DNA from: Burkholderiales bacterium
GTDB taxonomy: Bacteria > Pseudomonadota > Gammaproteobacteria > Burkholderiales > SG8-39
Length of the DNA stretch: 64,000 nucleotides
Assembly: GCA_035649875.1 (NCBI GenBank)
Contig: DASRIR010000382.1
Location: 7,062 to 71,061, forward strand
Reading direction: 5' to 3'
In this document: positions 17,508-26,168 of the stretch, piece after piece
Numbering within the stretch: the first letter of the stretch is position 1
Layout of the letters: each line of letters opens with the position of its first letter
Notes under the pieces: model-generated
Databases searched by the model: none
What the model was told of the DNA's origin: nothing
The model's input: only the letters and a program-made list of their open reading frames with translations
Position numbers and translations under genes: made by a program

Positions 17508-18353
17508 GACGTACATCGTGCCCTCGGCGCTGATCACGGTGCTGCCGCCGACCCGGATCCGCGTCACGTGTCCGCCGCTTTTCTCGGCCGAGGCCTCGAG
17601 CCTGCTCGCACGCCCCATCGCCACGCCTTGGTCGATACACCAGGTGAAGACGCCGTCACGCGCGGCCAGGCGCGCGCCGAGCACGCCGGCGAGCCCCACC
17701 GCGGCGGAGCCGGTGGCCGGATCCTCCTGGATGCCGAGCGCAGGCGCGAACATGCGCGCGTAGATCTGCTGATCGCCGGCAAAGAAATAGAGCTGCGAGG
17801 CCCACGCGCTCTTGAAATGCCGGGCCCACGCCGCGCGATCGAGCTCGACCCGGTCGACCGCCGCCTTGTCGGCGAGCCGGATGAACGCGAATCGCACGCC
17901 GCCGTTCGCGAACCAGGCGTCGAGCACCGCGCTTTCCGGCAGCGACAGCGCGGCGGCCGCGGCGGATTTGAGCGGGTGCTCGGCGGGCAGCTCGACCGGC
18001 TTTTCGATCGTGAACTCGGCATGAATATTCGCGCCGCGCTTCTCGATCCTCACCGGCACCGGTCCGATGCCTTCCTCCAGGACCACGGTGGAAGGAATGG
18101 CGGCTCGGCCGAGATGCGCGAGCACGGCCGCGGTGCCGACCGTCGGGTGCCCGGCGAACTGCATCTCCGACTTCGGCGTGAAGATGCGCACGCGCCACGG
18201 CGGAAACACGAAGGTCGTCTCCGGGAAGTTGAGCTCGTGCGCGATCGCCTGCATGGTCTCGTCCGAGAGTCCTTGCGCATCGGGAAACACGCCGAGCTGG
18301 TTGCCGCTGAACCGGCGGTCGGTGAACACGTCGGCGATCAGGAAGCGATGCAT
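17505..18353 (-). CDS. PhzF-family isomerase
   Basis: MHRFLIADVFTDRRFSGNQLGVFPDAQGLSDETMQAIAHELNFPETTFV is a canonical PhzF N-terminus. 282 aa. GGAGA Shine-Dalgarno (SD) sequence 5 nt upstream of the ATG. Confidence 0.9.
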   Translation of the reverse strand: MHRFLIADVFTDRRFSGNQLGVFPDAQGLSDETMQAIAHELNFPETTFVFPPWRVRIFTPKSEMQFAGHPTVGTAAVLAHLGRAAIPSTVVLEEGIGPVPVRIEKRGANIHAEFTIEKPVELPAEHPLKSAAAAALSLPESAVLDAWFANGGVRFAFIRLADKAAVDRVELDRAAWARHFKSAWASQLYFFAGDQQIYARMFAPALGIQEDPATGSAAVGLAGVLGARLAARDGVFTWCIDQGVAMGRASRLEASAEKSGGHVTRIRVGGSTVISAEGTMYV

Positions 18354-19355
18354 AATTTCTCCATGCGGCGCAGAAGCTTTCTTGGGTTAGGCCTGGCCCC
18401 CCTCTACGCGTGGGCGGCGAACGTGCAGTACCCAAACGTCGTGCCCGGGCACCGCTTTTCTTTTCCGCGCGATCACGGCGCGCACCCCGAGTTCCGCGTC
18501 GAGTGGTGGTACGTCACCGGGTGGCTCGCCACCACGCCGAGCGGTCCCATGGGGTTCCAGGTCACATTCTTCCGCGCGCGCCCGGAGGAGGCCAGTGACA
18601 ATCCGAGCCAATTCACACCGAGACAGGTGCTGTTCGCGCACGCGGCGGTGAGCGACCCCAAGCGCGGCCGCCTGCTGCACGACCAGCGCGCGGCGCGCGC
18701 CGGATTTTCGCTCGCGCACGCCGAGCTCGACCGCACCGGCGTCTGGATCGACGACTGGCGCCTCGAGCTCGAAGGACATCGCTACCAGGCCCGGATCGCG
18801 GCACGGGACTTCGACTTCGACTTCACGCTGTTCGCGCAGACCATCGTCCTCCAGGGGGAGAACGGCTTCAGCCGCAAGGGGCATCGCCCGGAAGAGGCGA
18901 GCTACTACTACAGCCGGCCGCACCTCGACCTGGCGGGAAAGCTGAACGGCCGGGACGTCGAGGGCAGGGCCTGGCTCGATCACGAGTGGTCGAGCGCCTA
19001 TCTGGCGCCGGAAGCCGCCGGCTGGGATTGGTGCGGAATCAACCTGTTCGACGGCAAGTCGTTGATGGGCTTTCGCATGCGCGACAAGTCGGGCGGCGTG
19101 CATTACGCGTCGCCGGGTGTCTCGTTCAAGCCGCTGCGCACCTGGAAATCGCCCCGCACCGGCGTCGTGTATCCCGTCGAGATGGCGGTCAACGACCTGA
19201 TTCTGAAGCCGCTCATGGACGACCAGGAGCTCGATTCGCGCGCGAGCACCGGCACGATTTACTGGGAGGGAGCAGTCACGGCGTACCGCGGCGCCGCTGC
19301 CGTTGGCCGCGGATACCTGGAGCTCACCGGCTACTGGAAGCCGATGAAGCTTTGA
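18348..19355 (+). CDS. AttH/CrtC-like lipocalin-domain protein with Tat signal
   Basis: Only the C-terminal third of track ORF 17568..19355 is credible. MHNFSMRRRSFLGLGLAPLYAWA is a twin-arginine signal, with an alternative ATG at 18363. FPRDHGAHPEFRVEWWYVTGWL is the AttH/hydroxyneurosporene-synthase family signature. AGGAAG lies upstream of 18348. Confidence 0.8.
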   Translation: MHNFSMRRRSFLGLGLAPLYAWAANVQYPNVVPGHRFSFPRDHGAHPEFRVEWWYVTGWLATTPSGPMGFQVTFFRARPEEASDNPSQFTPRQVLFAHAAVSDPKRGRLLHDQRAARAGFSLAHAELDRTGVWIDDWRLELEGHRYQARIAARDFDFDFTLFAQTIVLQGENGFSRKGHRPEEASYYYSRPHLDLAGKLNGRDVEGRAWLDHEWSSAYLAPEAAGWDWCGINLFDGKSLMGFRMRDKSGGVHYASPGVSFKPLRTWKSPRTGVVYPVEMAVNDLILKPLMDDQELDSRASTGTIYWEGAVTAYRGAAAVGRGYLELTGYWKPMKL

Positions 19356-20226
19356 GCGCGGAAAGCGCGATACCGCCGAAGATGAGCGCGATGCCGACGA
19401 AGTGGTACCAGGCCGGATACTCGCGCAGGAAGATCGCGGCGAAGATGACGCCGAACGCCGGCAGCAGGTGGGAGAACCCGCCGGTGCGCGCCGCGCCGAG
19501 GCGCGAGACCGCGAAGTTCCAGCCGGCGTACGCGAGGATCACAGAAGCGAACGCGGAATAGAGCATCGCCGCAGTGCCCTTCCAGTTGAAGTGGGCGCGC
19601 GGATCGTTGGCCAGGTCCCACGCGAGCCACGGCAGCAGCGTGACGAGCCCCACGGCGCAGATCATGAACAGCAGCTGGATCGGCTCGATCGGCGCGCGCA
19701 GCAGGCGCAGGCAGATCGTGTAGCCCGACCAGAGGATCATCGACACGAAACAGTAGATATCGCCCCGGTTGAACGACAGGCTGGCGAGGGCCTCGGTCTC
19801 GCCGCGCAGCGCGATCACCAGCACGCCGGCGAGCGAGACGACCACGCCGATCCACTGCATCGGACGCACGCGCTCGCGGAGCACGAGCCCCGCGAGCACC
19901 ATGATGGCGAGCGGGGAGAGCGAGAAGAAAAGCGTGCCGTTGGTGGCGGTGGTCGACTGCAGGCCCAGGTACTGCATCGCGTTGTGCATTCCGCCGCCGA
20001 AGAGGCCGAGCGCCGTGAGCACCGCCCAGTCGCGCGCCGTGAACGCGCGCAGCTTCGCGCCGAGCGCGGGCAGCGCGAGCGGCGCGAGCGTCAGCATCAC
20101 CAGGACCAAGCGGCCGGAAGTGATCAGGCCCGGTGAGATCTCGTCGCGCACCGCGCGCGCCACGATCCAGTTGCCGGCCCATAGCGCGAGCGCGGAGGTC
20201 ACAGCGAAATAGGCGGCGGCGCGCAT
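19324..20226 (-). CDS. EamA/DMT-family transporter
   Basis: 300 aa and about ten hydrophobic segments. Typical EamA repeats (ALALWAGNWIVARAV...; ILAYAGWNFAVSRLGAARTG). Its 3' end overlaps the AttH-like gene by 32 nt. Confidence 0.85.
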   Translation of the reverse strand: MRAAAYFAVTSALALWAGNWIVARAVRDEISPGLITSGRLVLVMLTLAPLALPALGAKLRAFTARDWAVLTALGLFGGGMHNAMQYLGLQSTTATNGTLFFSLSPLAIMVLAGLVLRERVRPMQWIGVVVSLAGVLVIALRGETEALASLSFNRGDIYCFVSMILWSGYTICLRLLRAPIEPIQLLFMICAVGLVTLLPWLAWDLANDPRAHFNWKGTAAMLYSAFASVILAYAGWNFAVSRLGAARTGGFSHLLPAFGVIFAAIFLREYPAWYHFVGIALIFGGIALSALKASSASSSR

Positions 20227-20234
20227 CGGCTGCG

Positions 20235-21026
20235 ATGATATCTTCGAGCGCGATGCCTTCTCTGGTTGCGGCAGGCCGTTCGCTGAACTACGCGTGGATC
20301 GGCCGGGAGCAGGGCGGGCCGGTGCTCGTGTTCCTGCATGAGGGCCTCGGCTCGATCGGACAGTGGCGCGATTTCCCGGCGAAACTCGCCGGGGCGACGG
20401 GGTGCCGCGCGCTGGTGTACGACCGTTACGGCCATGGGCAGTCGGACGTGCTCGCCGAGCCCCGTCGCAGCGTGCGCTTCATGCACGATGAAGCATTGGT
20501 TGCGCTACCCGAACTCACGAAAGCGTTACAGCTGGAGAACCCGATTCTCGTTGGCCATTCAGACGGCGCGTCGATCGCACTGATCCACGCCGGCGCCGGC
20601 GCCGGGCACGCGGTGCGCGGCGTGGTTGCGATGGCGCCGCATGTATTTATCGAGCCGCTTTGCCTTTCCTCGATCGAGAAGGCGGCCGACGCGTTCGAGC
20701 GTACGGATCTCGCGCCAAGGCTCGGGCGCTACCACCGCGACGCGCGCAAGACGTTCTACGGCTGGGCGGACGTGTGGCTCGACCCGGAATTCAAGCGCTG
20801 GGACATCCGTGCCGACTACCTGCCCGGCGTGCGCTGCCCGGTTCTGGCGATCCAAGGACACGACGACGAATACGGCACGATGGCGCAGCTCGACGAGATC
20901 AAGGCGCGGGTGAGCGGGCCCTGCGAGCTTCGCAAGCTCGAGAATTGCGGCCATGCCCCCTTCCGTGACCAGCCTGAAAAGGTGCTAGAACACACGGTGG
21001 CATTCCTCGCCCCTTTGCTGAAATGA
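20235..21026 (+). CDS. alpha/beta-fold hydrolase
   Basis: Trimmed to the ATG at 20235. The upstream Arg-rich part is antisense to eamA. VLVFLHEGLGS, nucleophile elbow VGHSDGA and a C-terminal CGHAPF histidine motif. Confidence 0.82.
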   Translation: MISSSAMPSLVAAGRSLNYAWIGREQGGPVLVFLHEGLGSIGQWRDFPAKLAGATGCRALVYDRYGHGQSDVLAEPRRSVRFMHDEALVALPELTKALQLENPILVGHSDGASIALIHAGAGAGHAVRGVVAMAPHVFIEPLCLSSIEKAADAFERTDLAPRLGRYHRDARKTFYGWADVWLDPEFKRWDIRADYLPGVRCPVLAIQGHDDEYGTMAQLDEIKARVSGPCELRKLENCGHAPFRDQPEKVLEHTVAFLAPLLK

Positions 21027-22210
21027 AGAGCGACGCCGCCGTTATCGGCCTCATCTCGTTCGCGCACGGCATGAGCCACTTTTACCAGCTCCTGCTCGCG
21101 CCGCTCTTCCCGTTCGTCAAGGACGAGCTCGGGGTGTCGTACGCGGCGCTCGGGTTCCTGGTGGCGGTGTTTTACACGCTTTCGGGCCTGCTCCAGCCGC
21201 TCGCCGGCTTCGTGGTCGACCGCTACGGCGCGCGCGGGGTGCTGCTGGGCGGCATCGGCTTCATGATCGGCGGCGTCCTCGTGCAGGGATTCGCGGGTAG
21301 CTACGCCATGCTCGTGCTCGGCGCGGTGCTCGGCGGCATCGGCAACAGCGTGTTCCATCCGTGCGATTTCGCGATCCTCAACGCGCGCGTCAGCAGCGGC
21401 CGGCTCGGCTATGCCTTCAGCGCGCATGGCGTGGTGGGCTACGTCGGTTACGCGTTGGCGCCGGTCTTCAGCGTGTCGATCGGCGCAACGTACGGCTGGC
21501 AGGCGGCGCTCCTCGCCGGGGCCGCGCTGGGCTTCGGGCTGCTCGCGCTGCTCCTCATGAATTCCCGGCATCTGCAGATCGAAGCGCAGCCGAGGAAAGC
21601 TTCGATCGGTACCCAGGCGCGCGTGCTGTTCGCCGCGCCGGTGATCCTGTGCTTCGTTTATTTCGCCGTGTTCGCCGCCGGGCTGACCGGCTTGCAGAGC
21701 TTTGGCGTCTCGGCGATGGTCGAGCAGTACCGCGTGACGGCGACCTCGGCGTCCACCGCGCTCACCGCGTACCTGGTGAGCGCAGCGCTCGGCATCCTCG
21801 CGGGAGGGTTCGTCGCGGCGCGCACGAGCCGCCACGACTTCGTCGCCGCCGCGGGCATGGCCACGAGCGCGCTTGCCGTGCTCCTCGTCGCGATGAGCCT
21901 GACGCCGCCGGCTGCGCTGCCCGCGGCGCTCGCCCTCGCCGGATTCGCTTCGGGCATGGTCGCGCCGTCGCGCGACCTCATCGTGCGCGCATCAACGCCG
22001 CCGGGCGCCGCCGGGCGGGTATTCGGGTTCGTCTATTCCGGACTCGACGTCGGCACCTTCATCACGCCGGTGTTCTACGGCTGGATGCTGGACCACAGCC
22101 TGCCGCAGGCGGTGTTCTACACCGTGTTCGGCTTTACCGCGCTCGCGGCGCTGACGATCGTGTGCCTAGTCCCGGTAAGAGATCTTCTTCCGGTCAAGAA
22201 GGCGCAGTAG
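21023..22210 (+). CDS. MFS transporter
   Basis: 395 aa, about 12 TMs, with a GFVVDRYGARGVL (MFS motif A-like) loop. ATGA overlap with the hydrolase stop. Confidence 0.85.
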   Translation: MKSDAAVIGLISFAHGMSHFYQLLLAPLFPFVKDELGVSYAALGFLVAVFYTLSGLLQPLAGFVVDRYGARGVLLGGIGFMIGGVLVQGFAGSYAMLVLGAVLGGIGNSVFHPCDFAILNARVSSGRLGYAFSAHGVVGYVGYALAPVFSVSIGATYGWQAALLAGAALGFGLLALLLMNSRHLQIEAQPRKASIGTQARVLFAAPVILCFVYFAVFAAGLTGLQSFGVSAMVEQYRVTATSASTALTAYLVSAALGILAGGFVAARTSRHDFVAAAGMATSALAVLLVAMSLTPPAALPAALALAGFASGMVAPSRDLIVRASTPPGAAGRVFGFVYSGLDVGTFITPVFYGWMLDHSLPQAVFYTVFGFTALAALTIVCLVPVRDLLPVKKAQ

Positions 22211-22945
22211 CGCCGGCCAGTCCTTGTGGTGCGCGGGCCGGCCTTCGCGCTTGAACTGCGTGCTCGCGGTCTTCGCCGCCTGCTCGGACATGAGATGCAC
22301 GTTGTGCATGCCCCCGGCGCAGGCGTCCACCTGGATCTGGCACGCGGCGTCGAGGTAGTACATGACCTCGAACGCGCCGCGCACCGTCTCGCCCAGCGCG
22401 AGCAGGCCGTGGTTGCGCAGGATCATCGCCTTGGAGGTCTTGCCCAGGTCGGCCGCCATGCGCGCCTGCTCTTCCTTGTAGAGCGCGATGCCTTCATAGT
22501 CGTGGTACGTGACGTCCGCCTGCACCATCATCGCGTGCTGGCTGATCGGCAGCAGGCCGCACTTCATCGCCGATACCGCCACTCCGGCGCGCGTATGCGT
22601 ATGGATCACGCAGTTGATCTCCGGGCGCGCGCGGTGCATGCAGCTGTGGATCACGAACCCGGCCTCGTTCACGCCCATGCCGAGCGGGTCGTCGAGGATC
22701 TTGCCGTCCCAGTCGACCTTGACCAGGCTGGAAGCCGTGATCTCGTCGAACATCAGGCCGTAAGGATTGAGCAGGAAATCCTCGGTGCCCGGGACCCGGG
22801 CCGAGAAGTGCGTATAGATGAGGTCGGTCCACTTGAAGATCGCGCCGAGCTGGTAGCAGGCGGCGAGATCGACGCGCGTATCCCATTCTTCCTTGCTGAC
22901 GCGCTCGCGTACCGGGGTCGACTTGAATTTCAGGTTTGCGCTCAT
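22166..22945 (-). CDS. class II aldolase/adducin-domain protein
   Basis: 259 aa. HSCMHRARPEINCVIHTHTRAGVAVS is the zinc-ligand His cluster of the family, followed by LRNHGLLALGETV. Confidence 0.85.
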   Translation of the reverse strand: MSANLKFKSTPVRERVSKEEWDTRVDLAACYQLGAIFKWTDLIYTHFSARVPGTEDFLLNPYGLMFDEITASSLVKVDWDGKILDDPLGMGVNEAGFVIHSCMHRARPEINCVIHTHTRAGVAVSAMKCGLLPISQHAMMVQADVTYHDYEGIALYKEEQARMAADLGKTSKAMILRNHGLLALGETVRGAFEVMYYLDAACQIQVDACAGGMHNVHLMSEQAAKTASTQFKREGRPAHHKDWPALLRLLDRKKISYRD

Positions 22946-22962
22946 GACTTGGGATGATACTC

Positions 22963-23904
22963 CTACGCTGCTTGGGCGAGATGCCCTTCGACCGTGTCCA
23001 GCGCGCGCAACAAGAGCGCCGGGTCGTTGCGCTTTAGTTCATTGGAGTCAGAAAGGATCTGACGCCACTGACGTGCGCGCGGCATGCCGTGATAGAGCCC
23101 GAGGACGTGGCGCGTCACGTGACGCAGGGATTCGACGTTCTGCGCATACTCGTACATCGCGCGGACCACCTCGGCGCGCGTCTTGCCGGCATCGGCGAGG
23201 AACCAGGGGTTGCTGTACGCGGCGCGGCCGACCATCACGCCATCGACATGCTGCAATTGCCGCTCGATTTCTTCCCGCGTGGTGATCCCGCCGTTGATGA
23301 CGATCTCGAGCTGCGGAAAATCCCGCTTCAGGCGATGGACGTAGTCGTACTTCAGCGGCGGGACCTCGCGGTTTTCCTTCGGCGACAGGCCCTTCAGCAC
23401 CGCGTTGCGCGCATGGACGATGAACGTCTTGCACCCTGACTGCGCTACCGTTCCGACGAAGTCGCGCACGAACGAGTACTCCTCGACTTTGTCGATCCCG
23501 ATGCGGTGTTTCACCGTGACGGGGAGGGGGACTGCATCCCGCATGGCTTGCACGCAACTCGCGACCAAACGCGGTTCGGCCATCAGGCAAGCGCCAAACG
23601 CTCCTCTCTGCACCCGCTCGCTCGGGCAGCCGATGTTGAGATTGATTTCGTCATAGCCGTATTGCTCTCCGAGCTTCGCGCAGTGCGCGAGCTCGTCGGG
23701 CTCGCTGCCGCCGAGCTGCAACGCGACCGGATGCTCCTCCTCGCTGAAGTCGAGGTGGCGCGGCACATCGCCGTGAATCAGCGCGCCGGCGGTGATCATT
23801 TCCGTGTACAGGCGCGCCTTCGCGTTCACCTGGCGCAGAAAGAAACGGCAGTGACGGTCCGTCACGTCCATCATCGGGGCTACCGAAATGCGCCTACCGG
23901 GCAC
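22963..23904 (-). CDS. dusA: tRNA-dihydrouridine(20/20a) synthase
   Basis: GTG start. ISVAPMMDVTDRHCRFFLR is the DusA N-terminal signature. INLNIGCPS contains the catalytic Cys. 313 aa. Confidence 0.92.
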   Translation of the reverse strand: MPGRRISVAPMMDVTDRHCRFFLRQVNAKARLYTEMITAGALIHGDVPRHLDFSEEEHPVALQLGGSEPDELAHCAKLGEQYGYDEINLNIGCPSERVQRGAFGACLMAEPRLVASCVQAMRDAVPLPVTVKHRIGIDKVEEYSFVRDFVGTVAQSGCKTFIVHARNAVLKGLSPKENREVPPLKYDYVHRLKRDFPQLEIVINGGITTREEIERQLQHVDGVMVGRAAYSNPWFLADAGKTRAEVVRAMYEYAQNVESLRHVTRHVLGLYHGMPRARQWRQILSDSNELKRNDPALLLRALDTVEGHLAQAA

Positions 23905-24508
23905 GCGTCAGGGCGAGCCAGATACCGCCGCCGATCAGGAAACCGCCGCTCAGGCGCGAGACCAGGCGGATTCGCTTCCTGGAGAGGAAGGCGCCGGCCC
24001 GGCCGGTGAGGACGGCGTAGGCTCCGTCCGAAACCAGCGCCACAGCCATGGCCGTGACGCCAAGGCCGACGATCTGGGCAAGGTAGTTGCCCTTCGGGTC
24101 GACGAACTGGGGAATGAAAGCGCCGAACCAGAGGAGCGCCTTGGGGTTCGCCATGAGGACGAGGAAGCCCTGCAGGAAGAAGCCGCCGCGCGGCTGCGCC
24201 GCGCCTTCGGCATCGGCGATCGCCTCGGGCGAGCGCATGAGCTTGTAGCCGAGCCAGATGAGGTACGCGGCGCCGGCCCAGCGCAGCCACTCGAACAGCC
24301 ATCCCATCGCCGCGATCACCGAGCTCAAGCCGACGACCAGGATGAGCATCATCAGCGCGAGCCCGGCCTGCGTGCCGGCGACGTTCAGCAGCCCGGCGCG
24401 CGCGCCATGGCGCAGGCTGTTGGCGACGATGACCGTCACCGTCGGACCGGGAATGAGCGCGATGACCGCGCAGGTCAGCACGTAGGCGATATAGAGCTCG
24501 AGCGACAT
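23894..24508 (-). CDS. LysE/RhtB-family amino-acid exporter
   Basis: 204 aa. IALIPGPTVTVIVANSLRHGARAG and FLQGFLVLMANPKALLWF are family motifs. Its stop overlaps the dusA start by 11 nt. Confidence 0.88.
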   Translation of the reverse strand: MSLELYIAYVLTCAVIALIPGPTVTVIVANSLRHGARAGLLNVAGTQAGLALMMLILVVGLSSVIAAMGWLFEWLRWAGAAYLIWLGYKLMRSPEAIADAEGAAQPRGGFFLQGFLVLMANPKALLWFGAFIPQFVDPKGNYLAQIVGLGVTAMAVALVSDGAYAVLTGRAGAFLSRKRIRLVSRLSGGFLIGGGIWLALTRAR

Positions 24509-24511
24509 CGA

Positions 24512-25168
24512 TTACCTCATGTCCAGCACGCGCCGGCGCGTGAGCTCGACCATGCAGGCGAGCTGATAGTCCTCGGCCGTGACGCTCTTGGGGGTATGGT
24601 CGCGCCGCCGCGCGCACTCGGCGTCGCGGTATTGGCGCCACTCGTCGTTCGCTTTGCGAAAGCTCGTGACCAGGTTCTCATTGCCGGCATTTTGGTCGCG
24701 CTCGCGAGCGTCCTGGAAGTGCAGCGCGTAGATCTGCATCAGGTCGTTTTCCGCGACCTGGAGCAGCGTCTCGAGGCACGGCCGCGGCTTGTCGCGGAAC
24801 GAGCCGTCGCGCGTGCACTGCGCCACCGCGGGTACGTGGACGCGCGGCAACCAGTCGAAGAACACGGCGCGCTTGTCGTCGGCCAGGAGGCAAATGAAGG
24901 ACAGCTCGGCGCTCGGCGCGCCGTCGAGCACCACCGCTCCGTTGCCGCGCAGGATCGAAGACACGAACTGGTTTCCGATCTTGCGCGTGTAGCGCTCGAT
25001 CTGCAGATTCTGGTCGCGCTCGAAGACGATGTCCTTTGCCCGGGTGCCGTCGCGCACCGCCTCTTGCTTGGCAAGGGCGCGGCAGGCTTCCACCGCGGGG
25101 CCGTTGTATTGAGCATGGGAGGAAAGGGCGGCGAGTGCACTGGCCATGACCACGACAAATCTCATCAT
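24512..25168 (-). CDS. secreted protein with C-terminal DUF1311 (LprI-like) domain
   Basis: Trimmed to ATGATG at 25168 (MMRFVVVMASALAALSSHAQ signal). The C-terminus NDEWRQYRDAECA...YQLACMVELTRRRV matches the DUF1311 pattern. The N-terminal ~120 aa are not recognised. Confidence 0.65.
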   Translation of the reverse strand: MMRFVVVMASALAALSSHAQYNGPAVEACRALAKQEAVRDGTRAKDIVFERDQNLQIERYTRKIGNQFVSSILRGNGAVVLDGAPSAELSFICLLADDKRAVFFDWLPRVHVPAVAQCTRDGSFRDKPRPCLETLLQVAENDLMQIYALHFQDARERDQNAGNENLVTSFRKANDEWRQYRDAECARRRDHTPKSVTAEDYQLACMVELTRRRVLDMR

Positions 25169-26136
25169 CGATATTGTCCCGTCGATTGCGCACGCGCGCG
25201 GATCAGCCCAAACAGGCTCTCGGTAAACGGCGCGCGCACGCCCGCTTTGCGCGCGATCTCGAGCGTGCCCGCGAGCAGGCCGTCGATCTCGAGCGCCTTG
25301 CCGGCCTCGAGGTCCTGCAGCATGGAAGTCTTGAAGCGCCCGAGCTTGCGCGCCATGTCGATGCGCGCCTCGGGGTCGATATCGGCATCGACGCCGACCG
25401 CGCGACCGATCGCCAGCACCTCGCGCATGATCTCCACCATGTAGGCCTTGACCTCCTGGTTCTGAATCAGCTGGTCGGCGGTCGTCACGGTAAGCGCGGA
25501 CACCGGGTTGAAGCTCACGTTGCCGAGCAGCTTCACCCAGAACTCCTTCTCGATCGCGTCGGTGATCACGATCTCGAAGCCGGCCGCGGTGAGCGCGTCG
25601 GCGATGCGCTTGGTGCGCGCGGTGTTCTTCCCGCCCGGCTCGCCCAGGATCAGCCGCGCGCCCATGTTGTGGCTGATGAGCCCGGGTTCCGGGGTGGAGG
25701 CGGCAAGATGGATCACGCACCCCACCACGCGCTCGGTGGGAATCGCTCGCGACAGCTTGCCGCCCGGATCGAGCGACTCCAGCCGGCTGTCCTTTCTTCT
25801 CATCCCATGAAAGAACCACCAGGGCACGCCGTTCATGGCGGTGACGACCGAAGTGTCCTTGCCGAGCAGCGGCCCAATCGTCTCCGCCACGTCTGTAAGG
25901 CTTTGCGCCTTCACCGCGACTAACACGTAGTCCTGCGTTCCGAGCTCCGCCGGATCGCTTTCAGCCTTGATCCGGAAGGAATCGGTCCCATCTTTGCTTC
26001 TCACGCGCAGCCCGTCGCGCCGGATTGCGTCTAACTGCACGCCGCGCGCCACGACCGAAACATCGTGGCCGGAACGCGCCAGCCACGCCGCCATCAAACC
26101 GCCGATGGCGCCGGCGCCGTAGACGCAGATTTTCAT
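25165..26136 (-). CDS. ketopantoate reductase (PanE/ApbA) family oxidoreductase, second copy
   Basis: MKICVYGAGAIGGLMAAWLARSGHDVSVVARG. 323 aa. Its TGA stop overlaps the ATG of the downstream gene (ATGA). Confidence 0.82.
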   Translation of the reverse strand: MKICVYGAGAIGGLMAAWLARSGHDVSVVARGVQLDAIRRDGLRVRSKDGTDSFRIKAESDPAELGTQDYVLVAVKAQSLTDVAETIGPLLGKDTSVVTAMNGVPWWFFHGMRRKDSRLESLDPGGKLSRAIPTERVVGCVIHLAASTPEPGLISHNMGARLILGEPGGKNTARTKRIADALTAAGFEIVITDAIEKEFWVKLLGNVSFNPVSALTVTTADQLIQNQEVKAYMVEIMREVLAIGRAVGVDADIDPEARIDMARKLGRFKTSMLQDLEAGKALEIDGLLAGTLEIARKAGVRAPFTESLFGLIRARAQSTGQYR

Positions 26137-26168
26137 GGTGCTATTCTAAGTAAAAGCAGGAGGCTTCC

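Noticed and set aside
22963-24508. dusA 5' end as a possible integration site for a genomic island
   Set aside because: dusA is a known hotspot for DusA-specific integrases. Here, however, the 5' end is overlapped by a LysE exporter gene. There is no integrase, no duplicated dusA 5' fragment or att-like direct repeat, and no compositional shift.
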